A stretch of 47,359 bases of DNA, counting the filler, from Jimgerdemannia flammicorona (lineage: Eukaryota): the NCBI GenBank assembly GCA_003990765.1. It is 2 parts of 2 records of this genome, joined end to end, with 100 filler letters (N's around TTAATTAATTAA, not from the genome) between each part and the next. Parts side by side here need not be neighbours in the genome. Positions count along the whole stretch, not along the records: positions 1 to 23,630 come from RBNJ01001086.1; 1 more part is not named here. One strand, 5' to 3'. The translations under genes were made by a program, and so were the position numbers. The notes below the pieces were generated by a model. The model was not told the DNA's origin, did not search any database, and saw only the letters and a list, made by a program, of their open reading frames with translations. Positions within the stretch are counted from its first letter, which is position 1. Each line of letters opens with the position of its first letter. Below are positions 11,621 through 22,329 of this stretch, piece by piece.

Positions 11621-13273
11621 GTATTGCTGGTGCAGGAGAAGGAGATTTGTCAGATTCTTATTACAACTATGCTGAGTATAGTATCAGGAGAGGATAGCCT
11701 GCTCTGGGATTTCTGGAAGAAGATAGTGGGTGTTTCTAGTATACTAGAAGAGCTAAGGACACTTTGTGACTTAGTTCTATAGTCCAGGAGATAGGTAGGT
11801 GAGCAGGATTTGGGGCTGATGGTACTGCTGTATAAGAATAAGGACAGGAGAGAGAACTAGAAGAACTGGAGGCTGATCATGCTACTGGATATAGACAGAA
11901 AGTTGGTTACTAAGGTAGTAGTAACAAGGCTGCAGAAAGTGGCCCAACAGGTCTTGGGAGAGAGCAGTAGAGCTTTGTTGGGAGCTGGCTCATTCAGGAT
12001 GGTATGGCTTAAATATACAGCATTATTGAAGAAGCATGAGCCTGTGGACTAGATGGGCACCTAGTTTTCTTGAATTAGAAAAAAGTATACAACTATGTTC
12101 AGAGGGTCTGAATGGTAAAGATACTAGATTAGATTGGTATCTCTCAACAGTTCCAAGTGGCAATGGTCAGTCTACTGAAAGGGAGCAGAGCTGTAATCAT
12201 GTATAATGAGTATTGGGGGGTGGCTTTCTCTCTGAATAGGAGTGTTCCCTAGTGGGACCCACTGTCCTCTATTCTGTATATACTCTTCTTGGAGCCTTTA
12301 ATGAATAGAATTCAGCAAAGGATAGGAGGGCTTTCAATATTTGATATTAAGTATCTTTGTGGATAATATAGTGGTCAGCCTAGACTCAATTACCAATATT
12401 GAGGAACTCAAGGAGACTATGGAGTAGTATGAGACATACTCTGGGGCTAAACTCAATTAATGTAAGTATGAAATAATAGTGCTGGGTAATGGTCTGGTGG
12501 GGAGGAATATCATTGGAACAATTGTCTCTACTAGGGAGGCAGTAAGGTACTTGAGCATCTATCTTTTAGTATATAGGTCAGTTCTACCAAAACTCTGATA
12601 GGAGCAGTAGGTAGTTATCTAGAGAGAAGCCCTGCAGAGTTAGAGAGACTGTCACTTGTCTCTGGCAGGATATATTTCTATCTTGAATGTTTACTGGCTG
12701 CTGAAGTTGTGATATTTGATATATCATCTGGACTTCCCAGCCTAGGTGGTGAAGAGACTGCTGAAACTGGCCAAGGGGTGGATTTGGGCTGAGAGGAGGA
12801 GTCAGATTAGCTGGAAAATCTTGTCTTTGTCAGTGACTAGAGAGGGACTTGGGCTGGTTGACTTTCTGAAGAGATTGTACTGCCTGAGAGCATGGTGACT
12901 GAAGAGAGCTATGGAGCTGAGGGGTAGTAGCTGGGTTTCTCTAATAAAGAAGGTCTGGAAGATAAGGTTCTCACTGAGAGACTCTATAGGAGATCTACTG
13001 TCCTTGGTTAGGCTTCAGAATAATGGATATATGTAGTTTAAGGGCTTCTGGTGGAAAGTTATAGATAGGATATACCATATTGACATTTATTGACAGAGAG
13101 ATGAAGGAGAGATTTCTTAGGGTCCAGTAATGTAGAGATGGAACTGAGTGTTGCTGGGGGGTATCCTCCTTAGTGACTTCAATATTGGTGATAGGGTTGA
13201 GTACCAGAGAGGGTTGGGGCAGGATCTGTAGCCCAACAGATAGTAGTTGGTAGGTATTAGAGAAGAGTGGGAC
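9043..13273 (+). pseudogene. LINE ORF2 (APE endonuclease + RT), decayed and interrupted; C-terminus continues at 19762-20195
   Basis: MNSTTNIFSLNVNGLQG, ADLFLLQD, GRDFN, SDH (APE motifs); KNWRLIMLLDIDRKL, GVP*WDPLSPILY, YLSI (RT motifs). Confidence 0.88.
10411..11616 (+). mobile_element. 1.2-kb poly(A)-tailed retroposed insertion of a different family
   Basis: 36-nt A tail at 11581-11616; perfect TSD cctggtattgct at 10399-10410 and 11617-11628; interrupts LINE ORF2. Confidence 0.88.
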
Positions 13274-13289
13274 TAGTACTCCAAATGAG

Positions 13290-13555
13290 TCAATTTAAAT
13301 CAAATCCAGATTCAATTCGTCACATAATGGTTTGATCCAAATCTCAAATCTGAAGCCATCTGAATTAACTCAGATTAATCTGAATTACCCTATCTGAATT
13401 ACCTTATCCAAATCACCCATCTGAACCACTCTAATCTGAATCACTTAATCTGAATCACTCAATCTGAATCACTCAATCTGAATCACTCAATCCAAATCAC
13501 TCAATCTGAATTCTCATCTGAATCTTTCAACTGAATCCTCCAATCCAAATCCTCC
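13290..13555. repeat. hAT left subterminal repeats, about 14-bp unit aatctgaatcactc
   Basis: Directly visible tandem units at 13433-13510 with degenerate copies around them; related atctga/aatcga motifs at the right end (19645-19735). Confidence 0.85.
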
Positions 13556-13656
13556 ACATGACTCATATGCTGGATGCATCTATAATATAATATACATACA
13601 TGCATATACAATATACACACACACATACACATGTATACACAAACATGCAAATACAT

Positions 13657-16251
13657 ATGTTGACAGATCAGTCTTCAACAGTTTACAGTACTGATGATGC
13701 TTCAAGTCAAACATCTCTGATAGTTCCACACCTTCCACACAATTCTCACTCCAAAATCTAGCAATATTGTGCTAAGATAGGAGATGATGTTGTTTGTAAT
13801 TATTGCAGGTAAAAAATTAAGACGCACCTATTGACACTTTTTGTTTTGACATATATATGATATTGTTTCATCCACCCCCATAAACTGCACCAGTCAGAAG
13901 TTCAAAATGCTTAGTGGTATGACTTTAAACATGAATCAATATATAAAAGACAAGCACTCTGACAAAATCAAAAAGAACATGAAGATAAATAAAATCAACA
14001 TCTCAGCTGTAGTGGGTATGTTTATCTGATTGCCTGACCATTTCTGTACCAACAATACTGTTTAATCAAAAATATTTAGCCATACTCTTTGGTAGAATTT
14101 CGAAATCAGCTCATTTGCTAGATTGTATGTATAGACTAGCCATTCACAATCATCAAGAGTAATCAATTGTATAGCATCTTTGGCCTCCTCAAGCATGATT
14201 TATATTTGCCAAATGCTGATACTATTTGCAAAAATGTCCTGAAGGCCTATAGGAAGGAGCATGACAATCTCTGTCAGATACTTCAGATAAAATAAGGACA
14301 GCACCATGACCTTTACAAGCTGAATTATATAAAAGAGCTTACCAATTTAACCTCACATTCAATAAGCAAAATTTGGCAGACAAAATTTCATTTATAATTG
14401 ATACATGGATATCTTCCAATATAATTTTGTTTCTGGGTATTACTGGTTATTGGATTGATCTCAATTGGTAGCTTAAATCTCTCACTCTTAACTTTGTCAA
14501 ACTTGCTGGCCCTCATTCTGGAGACAATATCACAGATGTTTTTATTAGTTGTATCTGGGAGCTTAGAATCACAACTAAGGTAAAAAAGGGGGGCTTGCCA
14601 TTAGATCAGTATTTTGAGGGAGGTCTTAAAATAAACCAAATTTTATTAGTTATTTATTTTTGCATAAATTCACTAACTGAATATTTCAAGTACAGATTTT
14701 GGCCATTATGATGGATAATACTACAAATAACTCAACATTTTTCAAAGTTTTAGCAACTAGCCTCAAATAGAAAAATATGGCCTTTGATATAAAAAGCTAC
14801 TGTATGTGATACTAGACCCACATACTGAACTTTACTGTTCAGAACTATCTTGCATGTAGACAAAACATCCAAGAGAGGAGGGGCCCTGAGTATAATTTCC
14901 AAACTGTACAAACTGATTGTATTGGTCCAATCATCCCCATAATGATAAGACAAATTCACTATACAGTGTAGGGCAATCAGTTTAGCCCCAAAAGAACTTA
15001 TATTGGACATCTGTACATATTAGAACTCAATATTTGTAATGATCTAGTATATGCTAGAGTTTGCTATGGTATATGTTCTTTTTTTTTCTTTGGTCAGCTG
15101 AAGCAACTTGTTTCAGATGATTGAAGATTTATTTTAAAAAAAAAAAAAAAATACAAAAAAAACCAATAGATTCAACAGTGACTGCCAACAAGGAAATATG
15201 GGCCAAGGCTCTAGGTGAAAGTGAGTGGAATATACTTAGGAATGTTGTCAGAGTTTTGGAAGTAAGTGGTGATTGCTCTGGCTCCACACTCATTTTATCA
15301 GTCTTAACACCCATTTTGTCTGCCTCTGTACAATACAACACCTCACCACATATAACTGCCAGTGTTTTGATGATTGTACAAAGGATATAGTCAAACAAAT
15401 GACCCTGACAATAAGCTCAGCAATACCAGTATATAATCTTCTAATTGACTGGCTAGAGAATAAGCTTGAGGATAGGCTAGAGGGTTATAGTGATTTACAG
15501 TTGAGTCTGGATCAGAGAGACACTATGGAGGTTGCTCTTAGCAAGCTCAGAAAGTACTACTCCCAAACAGATACCACCATATACTCAATCAGTACAGGTA
15601 TGTTGATATCAGCATAAGGCCATTGCTCTTTCCAAAACAGAGAAACCTCTGCAAAAACTCACTCTCTCCTTTTCTTCAAACAGTGCTGGACCCATGCTTA
15701 AAGCTACAATACTATAAAGATCAGGGCTGGGAGCAGCACTTTATTGAGAGAACCAAGCAGGTCATAATCAAAGTATACTGGAAAAACTATATATCACTGC
15801 AAGGTTCTGACCAAAGTCTGGATGAATATGCTGAGGGATCTCTCCTATTCCATATTTATTTCAGCAGAAAGAGGAAGAGGGAGCCATCAGTAGAAGAGCT
15901 GCCATCAATAGATGAACTTACCATTTACCTCACCAGTGACTGTATGATCCTGCTGGAGGGTGTGGAGATGCTCAACTAGTGGAAGGTGGGTTGTCAGATA
16001 GGTATTGGACCAATTTAACCCACTAATCTAACTACTGCTCTATCCACTGGGGTGTGCAGCTGCATCAAACAGACTTCCCCAGCCTGTGTGATATGACTCA
16101 GGACTACCTGGCAATTCCTGCCTCCAGCACTCCCATCAAGCAGATGTTCTCAGATAGGGTGGACCTCATTGCCCCAAAGAGGTGTGCACTGAATACTGAG
16201 ACAATCCAGGCATATATATGTCTGAAGTCTTGGTGGGGCTCAGGCTACTAA
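13657..16251 (+). pseudogene. hAT transposase, multi-exon, inactivated by stops
   Basis: BED finger (SKI*QYC...VCNYC | intron 13809-13893 | ...MNQYIKDKH); IDTWIS...FLGITGYWID, GPHSGDNI, MDNTTNN, HILNFTVQ, LDICTY*NS (DxxTRWNS), VLDPCLK, and the dimerisation domain DYLAIPASSTPIKQMFS...ETIQAYICLKSW. Confidence 0.93.
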
Positions 16252-16410
16252 AATTTGGCAGGTCCTAGGGGTTTGTAGATAAGTTGGTTGGTCTTATGGA
16301 ATATTTAATACCTTTCAAAAATAATAAAAAGGTAAAAAATCCTGAAGACTCAGTCTAGAGTTTGCAGCCCAAGTGGGCAGCAGTCAGTAGAGTTGGTGAT
16401 GGTGGTGGTG

Positions 16411-17066
16411 GAGAGAGTGTGTAATATTTGCAGCCCTCTGCCAGCAGCAAGGGGCAGCCCTAAGCTATCAGTACCTGAGTTGGTGGATGGATCAGCAGAG
16501 GGAGCATACAAAATTTGCAGCTCTCCACCAGCAGCAAGAGGCAGCCCCAAGCCACAAGTATCCTGGTCAGAGGGGTTGGTGGAGGGGGGGTTGGTGGAGG
16601 GAGTGTACAAAACTTGCAGCCCTTTGCCAGCAGTGAGGGGCAGCCCCAAGCTGTCAGTATCTGGGTCAGTGAGTAGGGTCAGTTGATAGGGTTGGTGGGT
16701 ATGGGGTTGGCAGAGAGAGCATGCAAAATTTGCAGCCCTCTGCTGGCAGCAAGAGGCAGCTCCAAGCTGCAAGTATCTGGGACAGGTAGGGCAGGTAGAG
16801 GGAGCATACAAAATTTGCAGCCCTCTGCCAGTAGCGAGGGGCAGCTCCAAGCTATCAGTACCCAGATCAGTAGGTGGGATCAGTCAGCAGGGTTAGTGGG
16901 TGTAGGGTTAGCAAGGGAGTGCATAAAATTTGTAGCCCTCCACTAGTAGCAAGGGGCAGCCCTAAGCTATAAGTGTCTGGGACAGGCAGGGCAGGTAGAG
17001 AGAGTATGCAAAATTTGCAGCCCTCCACCAGTAGCATAGGGGCAGCCCCAAGCCACCAAGGAGTCC
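16411..17066. repeat. Array of 7 conserved ~65-bp units separated by variable 20-50-bp linkers
   Basis: Core aaatttgcagccctc(t/c)gccagcagc(a/g)aggggcagccccaagc in units starting near 16411, 16498, 16597, 16713, 16798, 16914 and 16998. Confidence 0.9.
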
Positions 17067-17074
17067 AGGGCAGA

Positions 17075-17175
17075 GAGTACTTCTGGCAGTCAAAGGGTAC
17101 TTCTGGCAGTTGGAGGGTACTTCTGGTGGTCAGAGGGTATTTCTAGTGGTTGAAGGGTGCTTTCAGCAGTTGAAG
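17075..17175. repeat. 20-bp tandem repeat x5 (gggtacttctggcagtcaga-like)
   Basis: Directly visible degenerate tandem units. Confidence 0.8.
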
Positions 17176-17423
17176 TCCACTACAGATTCAGGCCCTGTTA
17201 CTGGTTTGGGTCCCACAGACACCCTGGCCCTATACCACAGTACTATACTGGTAGCACTACAGAGCAGAGCCAAGGGGCTGGTAGGGCTCTGTATAATAGC
17301 TAAGCTAGTGCTACAGAAGAGGTACTCAGCCCAACCCCCTACATAAGACTGCTCAACCTGTACAAAATGACTGTCTAACCCTTATGAAAGACTGCTTATC
17401 CCTTATAAAAGATTGCCTAACTC

Positions 17424-19508
17424 TTATAAAAACTGCTCTACCTGCCAGTCCCAGGTCTTGATGAGCCTATTATCTATTGTGAGTACAATGACTGTTGTGT
17501 CTGAGCTCTCCTCAAAGGCGATGGTACTATGGTGGTCATATAGTTGGAAGAGGATGGCCATGTTGGCCACAAACAGGACCCCAAAACCATAGATGAAGTC
17601 ATACCAGACTCCTCTGCTATCCTCCCAGGTTGGGCTCTTCCTTTCTAGAGTGTAAAACATTACTGGAGTGATATTGTTGTTTGTGTATATGGGTAGAGAA
17701 ATATTGTACCTGATGTATTCTAATGTGATACAAGTATATGGTTGAGTGAACCCTTGGCCCAGGACCTCATACTGCTAGGCTGTACTGGTAGATGCCTGCT
17801 CTTGGTCTAGCCCCAGGAGCCCTGGCTTAGAAACCTGCCAAAATGGATGGCAACTGGTCAGTTCTTTTTGCATGCAGGGGGGCAGAAACCCCCTGGGCCA
17901 CAGAAATCCCCTAGGCCACAGAAACCCCTCAGGCTGCAGCACCCCAAAAAAGTGGAGCTTCTTATCTAATATGGCATGCTAAATTATGCCAAGAATATAT
18001 ATACAGCTATACTGGATCACTACTAAGCTAGTCTGCTGTATACTCTACCAATCTGCTCAAAGAACTCCAGATCATAGCTGCCATTGCCATACAGACCATA
18101 TCATGCTTGCACACAGTTTGCTCTTTGATGGTATTTCTAAAGTTCCAGTAGGGGTACAGAATCTTGTGTATCTCTGGAATTGTATCAAAAAGAGTATGTT
18201 AGTGAAGAGTATAATTTATCTGAGGAGGAGAAAAAAAAAAAGAAAGACAAGTGTAGGGGATTTTAGAACTCTGGAACCCACCATTCACCAGTATTGAAGT
18301 ATACCCAATTCCCATCCAAACCCCCCCTCCTTGCTTTTTTTGTCCTCTCTTTCCTGCTACTTAGTATTTGATGCAATCCTTATAAATCTTGTTAATATGG
18401 CAGCAAAGCTCATCACTGTAGAGGTTCCTTACCACCATTGTAATCACCTCTCTATATTCATTAATAAAGATATAGTTCTCTTCATTGTTGGTTACTCCTG
18501 CTGGCCAATAGACCCCTTGGTTGAGAATGATTGGCTCTAATTTGAATGTAGACCCTCAAGCCTTGATGACGATGCTGGTACTGCTTATGCTGAATATCTT
18601 GCCCTCAAATTTCTCTATTTGATCAGATGCCAGATGTGGTTGAACTTAGGTAACTTTGAACTCTCCTTTCTAATGGAACTGAGCCCTGATCTGAGGGACT
18701 GAGATAAGTGTGTAGATGGGTTGCATGCAGACAGGTTGCATGCAGATGGATTGTATGCAGGCAAGTTGTATGCAGACAGGTTTAGAGAGAGACCACATAA
18801 AAAATGAAATTAAATAAAACACAGAGATGGGTATTTCAGAAAAAGAGCATAAGTGAGTAAGTGAGTAAGCTATATACCAATGAGTTGCGTATTGACAAGT
18901 TGTATGAGTTATACAAGATTGCTCATAAAGACTTACTTCTGTTCCTTTTGAGACCTCTGTCACACGATGCATTGACTCAACAGCTCAGCCACCAAAGGCA
19001 TGTCCCACAACATCCTCTAACCTTTCTTCATTTTGACCAGATATTGCAAATAAAGTTGGCAGATCTCACCATAGAGCTGTGGACCCTAAGAAGAGTATGA
19101 GGTGAATCAGGTCATACTGGGAGAATTTAAATAAGTAAAAAGTAGCAGCAGAAAAGAGCAACCTATATCTACTACTGACTGTTCCAAAAAGGCTACTGTA
19201 TATATAGCTGTGAGATCTGTAAATTCCAAGGTCCAAAGGGCTACTGTGAGTTGTTGCTGTAATTCACCCTCATCCCTGCCATCACCATTGTCATCACCAT
19301 TGCCATCACCATCACCATCACCACTGCCATTGCCCCTTTGGCTCTTGATGAGCAGCTTGTATACTATTCATATGAGAAAGAATCTAACATTATCAGCAGA
19401 GAGTGTGTTTCCACCTCAAATACTCCCTCTTTTGATAATTATTACAGAGTGAAAAATGAGTAGATTGGACCAATGAATAAATTAAGGGCTGCTGTTTTGT
19501 TTGCTCAT
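17424..19508 (-). pseudogene. Spliced passenger gene inside the hAT; candidate TET/JBP-like 2OG-Fe(II) dioxygenase
   Basis: ATG at 19508; reading frames broken mostly by transition-type stops; approximate exons 19508-19163, 19116-18937, 18790-18282, 18173-18049, 17834-17424, with GT donors and ctaac/ctgac...cag acceptors. The last exon resembles the TET/JBP catalytic core. The gene itself is well supported; the product call is an inference. Confidence 0.6.
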
Positions 19509-20577
19509 AATGTGACAGAAAAGAACAAAGAAAAAGAACAAAGAAAAGAGAGAGAACAAAGGAAAGGGTGATGTCACCAAAGTGCAGCAGAAAAAAAAAA
19601 AAACAAGAGTGAAATGAATAAAAGAAAGGGTAATATCACCAAAGATTTCAATCTGGATCAGATCACAAGACCAATCTGAGTTGATTCAAATCTATCACAT
19701 AATGAACCTGAATCGAATCTCATCCAGATCAACTCCATTTGTTCAGAGCACTAAGTGGGACTGGAATAGGGTCTGGGCCTAGAGTACTGAGGTTAAGCAG
19801 TGGCTGCCATTGAAGTATTGGGTGGTCTGGTGATACATGTTGAGGAGAAATGTTATACTCAACTTTTGCTCTGGCCACCTTGTGGGAGAGAGAAACTTTG
19901 ACTATAAGGAGTGCTACAATATTAGACAAGAAGGGGGTTTTGTGCAGATATCTGAATATTGGCTAGGGGAGTATGAGATGCTTAGTAACCTCTAGATAAT
20001 AGTTAGAAGATGATTGGATATAATACAGAGGGGGTATGGTGTGAGGAGTTGGTAGAAGGATTTGCAGGATAGATTGGTAAGAGAGGTTGGAAAGAAATGG
20101 CTTACTTTAGATTGGGTACTGGCTATATATGTGGGATTGGTGAGTCACTGGTTATTTGATTTTAAGGAAAAGAGATGTCTGGGCTTAGAGGGCCTACTCA
20201 CTGTTTTTCTCTCTTATTATTACTCCTTTTATTGCTCATTGTTTGCTCCTTCCTTCTTACTAAAGGCCACTCACTATATTCATACTGTTTACCTGCTCTT
20301 CGTTTTCTTGTCTTATTATTGCTCATTGTTCAGTAAAAGAGGCTATTATTATATGGTGAGACTATAGTTATGATTTGCCATTATGTCATCTAGTGGCTTG
20401 CCTCATCAACACATCCAATACTCTTGTCTCCAGTCAGCCAGTATATTTAGGCTTAGAGAAGAAAAAAAACAGAGTGAGTTTCATTCAGTTTATCATATTG
20501 GCTAATTATACTGGCTCTCTATACCAGCTTATTGTTCTTTTGAGAGGGAGGAGAGTCTTACCTTATTGTTATTTTCA

Positions 20578-20715
20578 GATATCTTGTCTTGCTGCTTATT
20601 TCAATATACCTTGTCTCACTGCTCATTCCAATATACTTCACCTTGCCACTCCTTCCAATGTATCTCACCTCACCACTCATTCCAATATATCTCATCTTAC
20701 TGCTCATTCCAATAT
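20578..20715. repeat. 27-bp tandem repeat x5
   Basis: Units such as tatatctcatcttactgctcattccaa. Confidence 0.85.
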
Positions 20716-20745
20716 AACCCTAGTCAGCCAGCATATTCATAGATA

Positions 20746-22322
20746 GTGGGGACTTTGGCAGAGGATACTTCAGCAGAGGGAACTTTGGCAGAGAGAGACT
20801 TTGGCAGAGAGGACTTCAGCAGAGGGGACTTTAGTAGAGGAGACTTCATTTTAGCAAAGAGAACTTTGGCAGAGGGGACTTTGGCAGAGGAGAATTCAGC
20901 AGAGGGGAATTCAGCAGAGGGGACTTTGGCAGAGGGAACTTTGGCAGAGAGAACTTTGGCAGAGGGGAATTTGGCAGAGGAGACATCATTTTGGCAAAGA
21001 GAACTTTGGCAAAGGAAATTTCAGTAGGGGGATTTCAGTAGAGGGGACTTTGGTAGAGGGGACTTCAGTAGAGAGGACTTCAGTAGAGGAGACTTAGCAG
21101 AGGAGAATTTGGCAGAGAGGAATTTGGCAGAGGAGACTTTGGCAGAGAGAACTTTGGCAGAGAGAACTTTGGCAGAGAGAACTTTGGCAGAGAGGACTCT
21201 ACTTTAGTAAAGAGAACTTTGATAGAGGGAACTTTATCAGAGGAAACTTTATCAGAGGGCACTTTAGTAGAGGGGACTTTAGCAGAGAGAGCTTTGGCAG
21301 AGGGGGCTTTAGCAGAGGGGACTTTGGCAGAGAAGACTTTGGTAGAGAGGGCTTTGGCAGAGGGGACTTTGGCAGAGGAGAATTCAGCAGAGGGGAATTC
21401 AGCAGAGGGGACTTTGGCAGAGGAAACTTTGGCAGAGAGAACTTTGGCAGAGGGGAATTTGGCAGAGAAGACTCCATTTTAGCAAAGAGAACTTTGGCAA
21501 AGGAAATTTCAGTAGGGGGATTTCAGCAGAGGGGACTTTGGTAGAGGGGACTTCAGTAGAGGAGACTTCAGTAGAGGGGACTTGGCAGAGGAGAATTTGA
21601 CAGAGAGGAATTTGGCAGAAGAGACTTTGGCAGAGAGAACTTTGGCAGAGAGAACTTTGGCAGAGGGAACTTTGGCAGAGGGGACTCTACTTTGGCAAAG
21701 AAAACTTTGATAGAGAGAACTTTATCAGAGAAAACTTTGTCAGAGGGCACTTTAGCAGAGGGGACTTTAGCAGAGAGGGCTTTGGTAGAGAGGGCTTTGG
21801 CAGAGGGGACTTTGGCAGAGAAGACTTTAGTAGAGAGGGCTTTGGCAGAGGGGACTTTGGCAGAGGAGACTTTGGCAGAGAGGGCTTTGGCAGAGGGGGC
21901 TTTGGCAGAGGGGGCTTTAGCAGAGGGGGCTTTGGCAGAGAGAGCTTTGGCAGAGGGGGCTTTGGCAGTAGAGACTTCAGCAGTAGGGGCTTCAGCAGAG
22001 AGAACTTCAGCAGAGGGGGTTTTGGCAGAGTGAGCTTCAGCAGAGGGGGCTTTGGCAGAGAGGGCTTTGGTAGAGAGAGCTTCAGTAGAGGGGGCTTCAG
22101 CAGAGGAGGCTTTAGTAGAGGGGGCTTTGGTAGAGGGGGCTTTGGCAGCAGAAGCTTCAGCAGAGGAGACTTTGGCAGAGAGAGCTTTGGCAGAGAGAGC
22201 TTTGGTAGAGGGGGCTTCAGCAGAGGGGACTTCAGCAGAGAAGGCTTTAGCAGAGGGGGCTTTGGCAGAGGGGGGCTTTGGCAGTAGAGGCTTTGACAGA
22301 GGAGACTTTAGCAGGAGAGGGG
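20746..22322. repeat. 15-bp minisatellite (ggcagagggg(a/g)cttt), about 100 units, with a ~488-bp higher-order duplication
   Basis: Directly visible; explains the EGTLA/SAKAP/LPKFS pentapeptide ORFs in all frames. Confidence 0.97.
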
Positions 22323-22329
22323 AGGTTAT

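Larger units (their letters stand above)
13274..19753 (+). mobile_element. Complete hAT-superfamily DNA transposon (6.48 kb) with passenger gene
   Basis: 8-bp TSD agtgggac at 13266-13273 and 19754-19761; TIRs tagtactccaaat / reverse complement tagtgctctgaac (differences are transitions only); hAT transposase inside. Confidence 0.95.
6912..20195 (+). mobile_element. Near full-length L1/Tx1-clade LINE (ORF1+ORF2), split by two nested insertions (10411-11616 and 13274-19753)
   Basis: 5' end homologous to the 5' end of the minus-strand copy near 29275; RRM-like ORF1 region; APE start at 9043; RT motifs at 11860-12600; Cys-rich C-terminus at 19850-19980. Sequence resumes exactly after each TSD. 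Confidence 0.88.

Noticed and set aside
11507..11782. Poly-lysine ORF
   Set aside because: Translation of a retro-insertion poly(A) tail running into LINE sequence.
16411..17066. CRISPR array
   Set aside because: Repeats are too long (~65 bp) and degenerate, linkers are related to each other, there are no cas genes, and the context is a eukaryotic transposon.
17424..17700. Retropepsin-like protease (YDFIYG resembling DxILG)
   Set aside because: No D(T/S)G catalytic motif upstream; the dioxygenase pattern explains more positions.
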